DNA of 64,000 nt, from the NCBI GenBank assembly GCA_963662285.2, contig CAXXMV010000008.1, positions 256,001 to 320,000 on the forward strand, written 5' to 3'. This document shows positions 27,108 through 37,605 of this stretch, in pieces. Each line of letters begins with the position of its first letter. Positions within the stretch are counted from its first letter, which is position 1. The notes beneath the pieces are model-generated. The model was given only the letters and a program-made list of their open reading frames with translations, was not told where the DNA came from and searched no databases. This DNA is from a bacterium. Its GTDB lineage: Bacteria > Hinthialibacterota > Hinthialibacteria > Hinthialibacterales > Hinthialibacteraceae. The translations under genes were made by a program, and so were the position numbers.

Positions 27108-28844
27108 TTATTTACTAAGGTTTTCTATAACAAAAAGTCCGCTTTTACCCGGTGCGATTATATCAATATCACCGTCGTTATCGATATCCACCGCCTGTGA
27201 GTTCATCCCCATACCTATGTTTTCATCATAAGTAACAATGTAACGGGTGAACTGTGGAGCGGGGCCTTTTTTCACTTTGTACCAGAAAATGCACTGCGGT
27301 TCCATTGCTCCGGGGTCTCCACCATTATGACCGCGATAGCGTTTGCCTGAGATAATATCCTTGGTTCCATCACCATCCAAATCTGTCAAAATGGGGCAGT
27401 GAACTTGTGAATACGAATCATCAATCACATGCGGGAAAATCCAGGCGCTACGCCCTGCACTATCCATGGTCTGTTCTAACCAATACAGCCCGAAATTATG
27501 CCCATTGCCGTAAATGATGTCAGGTAGACCATCCAGGTTCAAATCATTAACGATTTGAGGAATGCTGGAGTCATGGTTCATGTAATCTGGATGCCAAGTC
27601 CAATCCTGGGTTTGAGGATTAAGCGGACATTCATACCATCCCGAGGAAGTCAGAACATCATTACGGCCATCAGAGTTGATATCGCCGAATCCCATGCCAT
27701 GTCCGCGTCCTTCCCATCCAAAAATCCTCTTCTCAAATCCTGTTTCGCTCTTATCAAAGCCGACATTAGCGTAATAGCAGGGTGGAACGGTGGTATCATA
27801 ACGGTTAACTAAAATATCCTGACGGCCATCATAATCTACATCGCACAGGAAGATTGACTCGGTATTATTAAGCCCGGTTCCGATGATATGCTCTTTCCAC
27901 AATTCTCCGTTGTCTTTATCGCCGGGATTTTCATACCATACCATATCAGGTGAAAACCAGCTGCCCGTCACGACATCCGCCCATCCGTCGCTGTTGACGT
28001 CCATAGACCACTCGCCGTAATTTTTAGTATATTCACCGGACATTCCACAATCGCGCAGTTTATGCTTATTCCATTCAGGCGCTTCGTACCAATATGATCC
28101 ACAGGTGATATCCAGTTTTCCATCACGGTTGATATCGGCTATAGCGCATCCCTCGCTGCCTTCCATCCCGATCTGATGGTTTTTGAATTTGATTGGAGAT
28201 GGTTCGCACTGATATTGAGGTTTAAGGTCTTTGATGCGGATATTGCGGAACTGAACCACCTGATCTTTGAGATCCTCGCCGCCATGAACCTGTAAACCGA
28301 TACGGCCTTTTTGGGGTCCTTCCAAATGGGTATCTACTACTTTAGTTTTATTTACGTAAACTACGATATGATCTTTTACGCAAATGATATACATCTCGTT
28401 CCCATCTTTACTGTGCAGATTCTGCGACGCAGCCTGATGTTTGAACACGCTTCCGGTGGGATATTCTTTATGGTTATCTGAAATTTGAATTTCGAATCCG
28501 AACTCTGAGGGTCGTCCGACTTTATCTTTAGGCATACGGACGCCGATGCCGCTATTGCAGTTGGGCGTCATTTTGAATTCAGCATATAGGATGAAATCAT
28601 CCCATTCTTCGGTAGTGAACAACCACGAATCCTTACCGGTGGCAGGGTCTTGTTTTCCGGTCAAGACGCCATTTTCAACCGTCCACAAACCTGACCATTG
28701 CATCTTCCATCCGTCCAGGTTGGATTTGTTGAAAAGCGTTTCATAGTCCTTGTCATGCTGGGCGGAACTGGATTGAGGCAACCCAATCACAACGCAGAAA
28801 GCGCATAGTGCGATAACAGTGATAGTAGTACTTAAACGTTTCAC
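27108..28844 (-). CDS. Secreted DUF1080 (3-keto-disaccharide hydrolase-like) plus FG-GAP repeat protein
   Basis: Signal peptide; LFN..NLDGW, NSG, GRIGLQVH, FRNIRIK; repeated DxxxDGxxD motifs. Confidence 0.85.
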   Translation of the reverse strand: MKRLSTTITVIALCAFCVVIGLPQSSSAQHDKDYETLFNKSNLDGWKMQWSGLWTVENGVLTGKQDPATGKDSWLFTTEEWDDFILYAEFKMTPNCNSGIGVRMPKDKVGRPSEFGFEIQISDNHKEYPTGSVFKHQAASQNLHSKDGNEMYIICVKDHIVVYVNKTKVVDTHLEGPQKGRIGLQVHGGEDLKDQVVQFRNIRIKDLKPQYQCEPSPIKFKNHQIGMEGSEGCAIADINRDGKLDITCGSYWYEAPEWNKHKLRDCGMSGEYTKNYGEWSMDVNSDGWADVVTGSWFSPDMVWYENPGDKDNGELWKEHIIGTGLNNTESIFLCDVDYDGRQDILVNRYDTTVPPCYYANVGFDKSETGFEKRIFGWEGRGHGMGFGDINSDGRNDVLTSSGWYECPLNPQTQDWTWHPDYMNHDSSIPQIVNDLNLDGLPDIIYGNGHNFGLYWLEQTMDSAGRSAWIFPHVIDDSYSQVHCPILTDLDGDGTKDIISGKRYRGHNGGDPGAMEPQCIFWYKVKKGPAPQFTRYIVTYDENIGMGMNSQAVDIDNDGDIDIIAPGKSGLFVIENLSK

Positions 28845-29018
28845 AATAAAAAAACTCCTTCCAAATTAAATATATAAGAGAGGCTGGCAAAAAAATTAAT
28901 CATATTGAAAAAACCTGATTGGCGTTTTGTTCAATATTCTTGTCAATCGCTTTTTGACAATCGCTCTAGAAAGTTTGAATAATATCCTACCGTAAGCGTG
29001 GTTTGATTGGTAGGTATT

Positions 29019-29055
29019 GAAAAGCCGGAGAACAATTTCTCGCTCTCCGGCTTTC
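29019..29055 (-). terminator. Rho-independent terminator
   Basis: aaagccggaga...tctccggcttt just downstream of the C45 gene. Confidence 0.65.
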
Positions 29056-29088
29056 GGGGGTGTGTTGCAACATATTTAATTCACATAA

Positions 29089-30330
29089 CTAATCTTGTTT
29101 AACCAGTTTGTAATGATAATATTTCTGATTGCAAGCTGGTTCTCCGTCAGAACCGGCGTTGGCCACCCATGCTTCAAGAGTAGCAGGATGGAAAACGGCG
29201 TTATGAAGATTGCCTTTCATTGATACAGGCCGCTTGATCATCTCAATCATGACCTTCTCATCAACCTTGCCATATTGCTTCAGTAATCTTTCAGCAAAAG
29301 CCTTATAGCGGTCGTCTCCAGATATGATGACGCTATCATCCGGCTGAATATTTAGAAATCCCATATCCTTGCCTTTGCTGGATTTAATAGAAACCTGCAC
29401 TGGAGAATTGGTTATCTCGAAATCTTTAACTATTGTCCGGTTGCCTCCGCTGTCGCCTTCAGGCGGTAGTGGAATATCGAACATGCCATAGTTCTCTCCC
29501 GGCTTTATGAAATGAATCTGCTGAGGCGTGGCGTAAACTCCTCTGGCATCGGGAATCTTGGCGTCAGAGATAACATAGTAATATTCACAGGTGCGGGGAG
29601 TATCGCTGAATATACTCAGCGCCTCTTTGAGGGTTGATGCGCGTTCCAGGGCGTCACGGATCAGAAGAGCCATCGGCATTCCATCCCAGTGCCCCTGGCC
29701 GCCGCCGCCCATTTCTCCGATGCCAATCTGTTTTTCATTCATGCCCGTGATGCTTCCAATGAATCCTGCGTAAGTAACATTCATAAATGCGTTCATGCCA
29801 TCCGGTTCAACCATCATCACAACGGCATGATCCTGAAGACCAGCCTCGGTCATATAATCCAATAGCCGTGCATGATAAAGCGAACCGTCATGAGTGGCTT
29901 TGCCCATCAAAGCAATGCCGCTGCAATGGAAGGCTGCAGGAAACAGATTGCCTGCCAGGACTTGTTCAAACTCCATTCCAGAGCCTTCAGCTACACCTTT
30001 CAACTCTTCAAGAAATCGTTCAGGGATATGCGGTTTCAGTTTGTTGTGCATCCCACCGCGAAGCATTTTGTAAAGCACATACTCCTTAGATTTCCCCATT
30101 TCGCCTTGATTATCGATAATATTAAGCAGATTGCTTTTAATCAGATCAGCCATCAATTTGCCATGCTGGAAGCCAAGTTCGTAGGGCGAGCCTTTTAAGT
30201 GAAGAACCAGTTGACCTTCAACCCGCTCCAAATAACCTTTGCCTTCGCGTCCGACAATCTCTCCCCAAGACGGAGTGATAATCAAAACCAGAAGAAAAAT
30301 AACAATTAATTGTTTGTACATTCGCTTCAT
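29089..30330 (-). CDS. Secreted C45-family Ntn-hydrolase
   Basis: HLKGSPYELGFQHG, H-CSG nucleophile, ARLLDY, GMNEK; GAGGT RBS before ATG 30330. Confidence 0.8.
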   Translation of the reverse strand: MKRMYKQLIVIFLLVLIITPSWGEIVGREGKGYLERVEGQLVLHLKGSPYELGFQHGKLMADLIKSNLLNIIDNQGEMGKSKEYVLYKMLRGGMHNKLKPHIPERFLEELKGVAEGSGMEFEQVLAGNLFPAAFHCSGIALMGKATHDGSLYHARLLDYMTEAGLQDHAVVMMVEPDGMNAFMNVTYAGFIGSITGMNEKQIGIGEMGGGGQGHWDGMPMALLIRDALERASTLKEALSIFSDTPRTCEYYYVISDAKIPDARGVYATPQQIHFIKPGENYGMFDIPLPPEGDSGGNRTIVKDFEITNSPVQVSIKSSKGKDMGFLNIQPDDSVIISGDDRYKAFAERLLKQYGKVDEKVMIEMIKRPVSMKGNLHNAVFHPATLEAWVANAGSDGEPACNQKYYHYKLVKQD

Positions 30331-30354
30331 AATGTATTTGACCTCATTTACGGA

Positions 30355-30382
30355 TAAAATAAGTGGGGCCTGTTGGCCCCAC
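30355..30382 (-). terminator. Rho-independent terminator
   Basis: gtggggcc-aaca-ggccccac followed by ttatttt on the minus strand. Confidence 0.65.
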
Positions 30383-30436
30383 ACATAAATCATACAATAT
30401 TATAAACGTTTGGATAGAGAATATTGTGTAAAAAGT

Positions 30437-31879
30437 TTATTGCATCATCCAATCGGCTACAGCGCTTTCCAGACCTTGCGATCCCATATACACGCCATTT
30501 TTACCCGCTGTCGCTACCGGAGAACCAGGCTGAAGAGTAAAATCACCGTTATCTGCATCTACATATAGCGGATCAACATTGAGAATATCGCTGGCCGTAA
30601 TGAATTCGGCGTCAGGTAAATACTGGTCGCCGTCAACAAAAATATCGCAGAATTCAAGTTTGATATCAGCCAAAGGACCGGCATTATTATAAATACCATC
30701 AATATCCGCGATAATGCAGTTAGTCATAGTCAAATCAATAACGTCTTTTGGATCCGTCACTGTCTCAATAGCAGTTCCAATCTGTGAATTATATATATCG
30801 CAATGATCGAATACAGCAGTAGTTAGACGGCCTGTTTCGGTCTTAAAGAAAACATTGGCGCCTGAATTTCCGGTGATGATTGTGTTCTTGACAGTCAATG
30901 TTCCATGTTCGATGTTGATGCCATTGTGGCTGGCATCCATTCCATTATAAGCAATAAAACAGTCTTCAATGGTAACAACCGGATTGCCTTCAGCTTCATC
31001 TTCTTCGCTCGCAGCATTGCTGATTTCGACGCCGTGTTCACCGTTGGCTACGATATTGCAATTTTTAACCGTCACGCCATCATCTGATGCATCTACAGCG
31101 GTTCCTAAATTATCATGAAAATCACAATCACTAATGGTGGCAATACCATCGTCCATGTTGATGCAGGTGCCGTTATTGAAGAATTCACATCCGATAACAG
31201 TTGCTTCCGGTGAGGGGGCGGGCATACCCAGTTGTTGTAAGAAATTAGCGTTTCCATAGGGAAACTTCAAATCATGAAAAGTACAATTCTCCACCAACAA
31301 GTTGGTTGCTACGCCGCCTTCACCTGCCATAATCGCAATACCGTCTAATGGAGTAACCGCCAATCCAACTTCATCTCCGGCTAGATCGACGCCCAAACCT
31401 TCAAATTCGCAGTTTCTAATGGTCACATTGCTGCTGAGAACTGTCACTGTGGAGTTGATGTCATAATTATTGAGTTCACCGCTGATTTGAGTGAATTTAA
31501 TGCCTTCAATAACGACGTTATCGCCATAAATAATAAATCCCATTCGATCCGCCGCACCGAAATCGGCGCCCAGTGCGCCTAGTCCACCCAGACGATTGGC
31601 TTCCTGGGGAATTTTGATTTCCACTGCTGCGCCAACAGCCGCTTTCAATGTGATGTCGTCTTTTCTGTTGCCCGGCGCATTAAGATCGCCGATGTTTATA
31701 TCCTGCTCATAAGTTCCTGCGGAAATAATAACTGTATCGCCCGGAACTGCTGCATCGAGCGCCGCCTGAATGCTGTCTCCTGAATTAACTGTAATGTCAG
31801 CGCTATAGGCCGATCCGCATATAAGCAACCCGAATAATGCCATCCCCATCCATAAGTGTAAACAAATTTTCTTTCCCAT
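30437..31879 (-). CDS. Secreted right-handed beta-helix protein with C-terminal W-tail
   Basis: SIQAALDAAVPGDTVII..GTY, repeated xxNCxF motifs, DPLYVD...GDFTLQPGSP; ends SAVADWMMQ. Confidence 0.85.
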   Translation of the reverse strand: MGKKICLHLWMGMALFGLLICGSAYSADITVNSGDSIQAALDAAVPGDTVIISAGTYEQDINIGDLNAPGNRKDDITLKAAVGAAVEIKIPQEANRLGGLGALGADFGAADRMGFIIYGDNVVIEGIKFTQISGELNNYDINSTVTVLSSNVTIRNCEFEGLGVDLAGDEVGLAVTPLDGIAIMAGEGGVATNLLVENCTFHDLKFPYGNANFLQQLGMPAPSPEATVIGCEFFNNGTCINMDDGIATISDCDFHDNLGTAVDASDDGVTVKNCNIVANGEHGVEISNAASEEDEAEGNPVVTIEDCFIAYNGMDASHNGINIEHGTLTVKNTIITGNSGANVFFKTETGRLTTAVFDHCDIYNSQIGTAIETVTDPKDVIDLTMTNCIIADIDGIYNNAGPLADIKLEFCDIFVDGDQYLPDAEFITASDILNVDPLYVDADNGDFTLQPGSPVATAGKNGVYMGSQGLESAVADWMMQ

Positions 31880-32132
31880 TGCTCAATTCTCCTTAATTAA
31901 TGATTTTAACAAATGGTAATCATGCTTAATCTATTGAATCGCATAAATCTTATATCTCATATATAATGAATAGTATACAGATGTCAACAGTATATTGTAA
32001 TATTATTTATAAACCAATTGGAATTATATTTAAAATGGATTACATGCCTTCTATTGTCTTTTAGGCGTAAGTGCTATACTGAACATCATCCATTAATCTT
32101 TGTGATGGCTGATAAGACTCGAAAAGAGAGGT

Positions 32133-32432
32133 GTGTATTCTGTGGAAGATCAACCAAAACGACTTGTTGATTTCATCTGTCCTTTTGCGGGAAACGATAC
32201 AAAGTGTTCAGAATATTTGACGCCAATACGTCCTGCGCCCGGCAATCGAGAAAAGAAACTGTTAGTTATGATGAATTTACCTCTGACAACAACCAAAAAC
32301 GGTTGTCCGCGTTGCAATGTATTTATCAATGCCTGGCGGGAGCATATTGGCGCTTTCGGTCATATAAAATATTTCATGACCTGGATTTTCGATAAGAAAA
32401 TTAGAAAACCAAATCCTCAGGAGCTATTGTAA
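32133..32432 (+). CDS. Small hypothetical Cys-containing protein
   Basis: GTG start after AGAGAG; CP..C and CPRC motifs; ends 11 nt before mutS2. Confidence 0.55.
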   Translation: MYSVEDQPKRLVDFICPFAGNDTKCSEYLTPIRPAPGNREKKLLVMMNLPLTTTKNGCPRCNVFINAWREHIGAFGHIKYFMTWIFDKKIRKPNPQELL

Positions 32433-32443
32433 TAGATTAGTGT

Positions 32444-34885
32444 ATGGATCAACACGCTCTTAATGTTCTAGATTTTTCTAAAATCAAAGATATCCTCAAT
32501 GGTTTTGCCTCTTCGGCGCTTGGTCAGGAGACGATTGCCGAACTATATCCCTTCACAAACGCTTATACCATCCGCGATAGCCTTTCTGAAGTTACGGAAA
32601 TGGTTAAGCTCTATCAGTCTCATCAGGCGCCTTCATTCGATGGGATATACGACGTCCGGCAACCATTGCGCAAAAGTTCGCTGAGTGGAGCAATGCTCGA
32701 TCCAGCGGAAATACTGCTGATCGGCGAAACCGTTACCGCAGCGCGGCGCATCCGCTCCGCCGCCAAAAGAAGCAATATCGATACTCCCCGCATCAATCGC
32801 TACATCGACCGCCTCTCTATTCATCAGGAAATTGAAGACGCCCTATCGCGCGTCTTTGACGATCAAAAGAATATTCGAGACACCGCGTCGCGCGATTTAT
32901 CCAAAATCCGTAAATCACTACGCAATCAACGTACTATCATCGTCAGGCGTTTGGAAAAATTGATCCGGGGCGATTGGCGCGATTCCCTTCAAGAAAACTA
33001 TCATACTCTGCGCGAAGGCCGTTATGTGCTTCCGGTTGATGCGCGGTATCAAAACAAAGTTCCCGGCATTATCCATGACCGGTCATCAACCGGTACGACG
33101 GTATTCATGGAGCCGTTGGAACTGGTCAACGACAGCAACCACCTCAAGAGTCTGGTGCGCGAAGAAGAGATGGAAATACGCCGCATCCTCTGCCAGTTAA
33201 CGGAATTGATTGCGGCCAGTGAATTAGATTTAAGCCAGAATCTGACTCTGTTTGCTCATCTTGATTTTGTGGCCGCCAAAGCCCGGTTCAGCATCCGTTA
33301 TGAAATGAATGAACCGAAAATCAAAGATGAGCGCGTTCTATCCCTGGTTAATGCCAGACATCCTCTTCTACTCATTAAGCATGGGCGGGATAATGTCGTC
33401 CCCTTGAATTTAACTCTTGAATCAGAGGCAAGCGGCCTGATAATAACCGGACCCAACACTGGAGGCAAGACGGTCATCCTCAAGACAGTCGGTGTTCTGG
33501 CCTTAATGGCTCAATCCGGGCTTCATATCCCGGCGGACGCCAATACCGAACTGCCGGTATTCGAATCAATGGGAGCGGATATCGGTGACGAACAGAGCCT
33601 CGAACAGAGCCTCTCCACATTTTCATCACACATCCAGACCATTCGCAATCTACTGGATCGCGCCAATTCAAAATCTTTGGTTTTGCTGGACGAACTGGGA
33701 TCGGGAACCGACCCGGCCGAAGGCGGCGCCTTATCCTGCGCCATTCTGGAACACCTGCAAAAGAAAAACGCCTTGTATCTGGCCACAACCCATTTGCAGG
33801 AACTGAAAGTCTTCGCCTATAAAACCGACGGAGTGGAAAATGGTTCGATGGAGTTCAACCTCCAGTCGCTGCAACCGACCTATAAGTTTAATATAGGTTT
33901 GCCCGGTAAAAGCAACGCCATAAGCATCGCCGGGCGGCTGGGATTGCCCCAAGAAGTGATTGAACGCGCCAATTCAACCATTGCCAGCGAAGGCGAATCA
34001 CCAGAAGAGTTGCTTACCCGCCTGGGCGATGAACTACGCAGCGCCAGTTCGCTGCGGGCTGAAGCGGAAAGAGAACGCTCCAAAGCCTATAACCTTAAGA
34101 ACGATTCTGAGCAACGCTTGAATAAAGCCAGGCGGGAAGCTCATGAGGTTATAAAACGCGCTGAAAATAAATCGCAAAACCTGATCAAAGAGTTAGAGCG
34201 CCGCATCACTCAACTGGCGCACCAGGAAGCGGATTACAAACGCGAGTGGGCGGAAAAACTGGCTTTAGTGGCCGAAACGAGCCGCGCCGCGCTGCCAAAA
34301 TCGATCACTAAAGAAGCCGAAAAGATTCTGCAAAAAACCAAAGACGCCTTCAAACAAAACCAAGTCAAACCTATAGCTAAAATCGAGAATAAGTTCAAGC
34401 AGCAACGCAATTGGAAATGGAATCAACTGAAACCCGGAGTACTGGTTCAAATCGAAGGCATGTCAGAGCCGGGCAAGATCATCAGCGTCCAACCCGATAG
34501 AAAGCAAGTCGAGATCAGCGTCAGTTCAATGACTCTTCGCATGAAGGGTGAACTAATCGTCGCTGTGCTGCAAGAGAAACCCAATCCTGCAGAAAAACTG
34601 TTCTCCCAGGTTAAAGTAGACCGCCCCGATACAATTGAACACAAAGTAGATATTCATGGCATGACAGTTGAAGAGATGACTCCCATTATCGAAAAATACA
34701 TCGACCAGGCATTCCTGGCCGGAGTACGCAGCGTCACCATAGTCCACGGCCACGGCATGGGAATCCTGCGCCGCACCGTACGCACCATGTTACGCGACAA
34801 CCCCGTAGTACGTCACATCAACCCAGGCATGGACTTCGAAGGCGGAACCGGAGTGACGGTAGTACAACTCAAATCCTCGCGGTAG
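32444..34885 (+). CDS. mutS2: Endonuclease MutS2
   Basis: ITGPNTGGKT, QSLSTFSSH, LLDELGSGTDP, coiled coil, Smr domain (DIHG, IVHGHGMG). Confidence 0.95.
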   Translation: MDQHALNVLDFSKIKDILNGFASSALGQETIAELYPFTNAYTIRDSLSEVTEMVKLYQSHQAPSFDGIYDVRQPLRKSSLSGAMLDPAEILLIGETVTAARRIRSAAKRSNIDTPRINRYIDRLSIHQEIEDALSRVFDDQKNIRDTASRDLSKIRKSLRNQRTIIVRRLEKLIRGDWRDSLQENYHTLREGRYVLPVDARYQNKVPGIIHDRSSTGTTVFMEPLELVNDSNHLKSLVREEEMEIRRILCQLTELIAASELDLSQNLTLFAHLDFVAAKARFSIRYEMNEPKIKDERVLSLVNARHPLLLIKHGRDNVVPLNLTLESEASGLIITGPNTGGKTVILKTVGVLALMAQSGLHIPADANTELPVFESMGADIGDEQSLEQSLSTFSSHIQTIRNLLDRANSKSLVLLDELGSGTDPAEGGALSCAILEHLQKKNALYLATTHLQELKVFAYKTDGVENGSMEFNLQSLQPTYKFNIGLPGKSNAISIAGRLGLPQEVIERANSTIASEGESPEELLTRLGDELRSASSLRAEAERERSKAYNLKNDSEQRLNKARREAHEVIKRAENKSQNLIKELERRITQLAHQEADYKREWAEKLALVAETSRAALPKSITKEAEKILQKTKDAFKQNQVKPIAKIENKFKQQRNWKWNQLKPGVLVQIEGMSEPGKIISVQPDRKQVEISVSSMTLRMKGELIVAVLQEKPNPAEKLFSQVKVDRPDTIEHKVDIHGMTVEEMTPIIEKYIDQAFLAGVRSVTIVHGHGMGILRRTVRTMLRDNPVVRHINPGMDFEGGTGVTVVQLKSSR

Positions 34886-34911
34886 TTTATAACCCTATTA
34901 CAATAAATTAC

Positions 34912-34940
34912 TTTACAGTTGCATTATTAAATGTGATAAT
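34912..34940 (+). promoter_or_regulatory. Putative sigma70 promoter of the three-gene operon
   Basis: TTTACA-N17-GATAAT with an extended -10 TG. Confidence 0.4.
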
Positions 34941-34972
34941 GTTGATAATTAACTATATTTTAAGGAATTATC

Positions 34973-36313
34973 ATGGTTTCACTTTCCAATATTAATGATT
35001 TAAAGGACATTTTAAGTCGATTAAGCGCAGAAAAACCTGCGGGACTAGGTAATTATGATAATGAGACCAAGTACCAGATAAGAGGAACAGATTTAGCCAG
35101 AAGGCTAAAATTAGAAATAGATAGTAATGAGGCAAATGCAAGAGTTCTTATTACAGGTCAAATTGGAGTAGGTAAATCATCGGAACTTAGGAACTTTTAT
35201 AGACAAAGAATTATAGAGAATTCTCGTGCAGGTTATTTGATATATTGTGATTTAGAAAAAGAAGAACATCCTGAACGATGCGGAGCGACGGGTGTATTAT
35301 TATCGATTTTTCGTGATTGCTGGGGTGCAACCAGAAAAAAACGAAATCACTTACAAAATTCTCCAAGTCATTATCAGGAAAAATTAATCAAGTTAAGGGA
35401 AGAAATATTACTGAGATTAATTGAATGGTTGAAAGGATCATTAATTGAAGATGATAATAAAGTAATGTTTAAATTTGGAGGAATGGATTTCCCCATTTTC
35501 CTGAATGATAAAGACAAAGCGCTATCACTATTACTTGGTAAAGCTGCTCAACACGAAGCAGTATCCACTCCATCAGAAAGGTTTGGATTAGTCCCTGACA
35601 GTTTGATTAATTTATTAAATAAACTATTGAACTGGTTTAAGGATATTCATAACGGCAAAAGCCCGTTATTAATTATTGACCATGTTGATAAAATTCGAGA
35701 TGAGCATTCCGCTAAAGAAGTTTTAATAGAAATAATTCCCCATTGGCAAAGCATTGCAGCGTCAGTAATCATGACCGCCCCGTATGAATACACCCTGGGT
35801 GATTTACGCTATTCTGTGGAATCATACTGGGGCAAGCCAATCATGATTTATCCTCTAGATATCCCGGAAATTGATTGTAATAACATTCCGGTAATTTATA
35901 ATGAAATCGTTAATAGTTGTAGATTAAATACACTTATCACTCAAGATAGTTTAAGAATCCTGGCGCATTATTGTGGAGGAATCCCCCGCTCATTTGTACA
36001 ATTCTTGATTGAGGCGTCTAAAGAAGCGCATCTGGCCGGTCATAAAAGAATTGAAGAATCAGATGCCCAGGCAATTATCTTTAATGCGGAAAGAGCCTAT
36101 CAGGATTATGGCCCTGCTGAAATGGATTTACTTTACCAGATTGCCGAAAATAAAATCGGCTTAAATGCTGCGGCCACGCTGCTGAGATCACCGATAGGCC
36201 TTTTAGTTCTAAAATCAAAAGAAGGTGAACAACCATTACGGGTACACCCTTTAGCACAAAAAGTTTTGGAAAGATATAGATACGCAAAAAGTCAAGAAAA
36301 GATGATTGTGTAA
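34973..36313 (+). CDS. P-loop ATPase (STAND/ORC-like), AT-rich
   Basis: GQIGVGKSSEL Walker A, LLIIDHVDK Walker B, CGGIPR, C-terminal VHPL. Confidence 0.8.
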   Translation: MVSLSNINDLKDILSRLSAEKPAGLGNYDNETKYQIRGTDLARRLKLEIDSNEANARVLITGQIGVGKSSELRNFYRQRIIENSRAGYLIYCDLEKEEHPERCGATGVLLSIFRDCWGATRKKRNHLQNSPSHYQEKLIKLREEILLRLIEWLKGSLIEDDNKVMFKFGGMDFPIFLNDKDKALSLLLGKAAQHEAVSTPSERFGLVPDSLINLLNKLLNWFKDIHNGKSPLLIIDHVDKIRDEHSAKEVLIEIIPHWQSIAASVIMTAPYEYTLGDLRYSVESYWGKPIMIYPLDIPEIDCNNIPVIYNEIVNSCRLNTLITQDSLRILAHYCGGIPRSFVQFLIEASKEAHLAGHKRIEESDAQAIIFNAERAYQDYGPAEMDLLYQIAENKIGLNAAATLLRSPIGLLVLKSKEGEQPLRVHPLAQKVLERYRYAKSQEKMIV

Positions 36314-36317
36314 TATT

Positions 36318-36926
36318 ATGTCCACAGCTGAACAACTGGCTAACTCAATATTGCTTGATAATGCAGGCGTTCATATCCTTTTATGGGATGATCAAGATGA
36401 TTTAGTACGGGCATTAGTATTAGTTATCGCCGTAGTTGGCAAAGAGAGAATCCTACCGTTATTATTATCTTCAGAAACTGAATCTTCATTGGTTTTAAGA
36501 AAATTATTCGATATAAAAATCACTGAAGAAATATCATTAACAGAAGATGAAGAAATTCTTCAGCCCAAACGGGACAAATTACTATTATTATTTATTCAGC
36601 AAGCAACAAGCCAAACCATCGGACCAATGCTTAATGGATGGAGAAGAGATTTATCTCAGGAACCAGGTTCTTTGATTATTGTAAGAAAAGCCGATTTCAT
36701 CAATTTCCAAAGATATGCACCGGATCTGGCTTCTTTCTATGGCCCTAAAATATATGATTCGTCATCTTTGCTTTATATGTGGGGTGAAACAACAGCTAAA
36801 AATGTTAAACCGTATCTTCCAAATAGAATGTTTGATTTTATAAATGAACTTCCCGGTGAAGCGCCTTCTGAAAACGAGTTGAAGGAGTGGATTAAATTGC
36901 ATACGCCGATTCATGAGGAATTTTGA
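36318..36926 (+). CDS. Hypothetical protein, possible inactive NTPase-like partner
   Basis: ATG 4 nt after the ATPase stop; LNGWRRD...RYAPDLASF motif. Confidence 0.7.
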   Translation: MSTAEQLANSILLDNAGVHILLWDDQDDLVRALVLVIAVVGKERILPLLLSSETESSLVLRKLFDIKITEEISLTEDEEILQPKRDKLLLLFIQQATSQTIGPMLNGWRRDLSQEPGSLIIVRKADFINFQRYAPDLASFYGPKIYDSSSLLYMWGETTAKNVKPYLPNRMFDFINELPGEAPSENELKEWIKLHTPIHEEF

Positions 36927-36928
36927 AT

Positions 36929-37600
36929 ATGACAGACACGAAATTAAGCGCCATTCATCGGGTCTTCTCACAATGTTTCCATGATACTGGTATTTTTAAA
37001 AGAGATAATAACCAGAATGATTTTTTTGAAATAACAAATATAAAAAAAGATAACAAACAATGGCTTGTAATAGCAGCAGGAATATCACCTCAGGATGCCA
37101 GCAATTTTTTTGCAGGGAGTAAAACTAGAGAGGAAAATGCTCTCTACCCAATAACCATAAGGAAATCATGTAAATTATCTCTTCTTTTTGTAGTACGGCC
37201 TGCTGATAATCAAAACAGCCCTCATTCCCCTTCATTAATGACACTACCTTTTTCCAAACGAAATAGTATCCCTGAAATTGAAGTACGCAAAGCATATATT
37301 CGTATCAATGATCTACCTGATAATGACAAGAATTTATCAAATATTCGTTGGGAATGCGAAATCCGAGAATCTCTTGAAGAACCGATGGAGAGTTGGTTAA
37401 GAGAATGGAAAAATGATTTGGGGTATAATCCAGCCCACCCGCCTTCACATCTTCACTTGAATTCAGATTATACAAACCAGGATCAAAGTAGTAATACCAG
37501 AAAAGGAGATTTAACTGATAATCTCCGTTTAGCGATAGGCGAACCTAATCCGCTTGCCCTGATCCTATCTCTCGCTTCCTGGATAAGAACAATACATTAA
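36929..37600 (+). CDS. Hypothetical protein with DUF2290-like HPxSHLH motif
   Basis: IRWECE...AHPPSHLHLN...LRLAIGEPNPL; GAGGA RBS; ATG 2 nt after the previous stop. Confidence 0.65.
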   Translation: MTDTKLSAIHRVFSQCFHDTGIFKRDNNQNDFFEITNIKKDNKQWLVIAAGISPQDASNFFAGSKTREENALYPITIRKSCKLSLLFVVRPADNQNSPHSPSLMTLPFSKRNSIPEIEVRKAYIRINDLPDNDKNLSNIRWECEIRESLEEPMESWLREWKNDLGYNPAHPPSHLHLNSDYTNQDQSSNTRKGDLTDNLRLAIGEPNPLALILSLASWIRTIH

Positions 37601-37605
37601 CCAAC

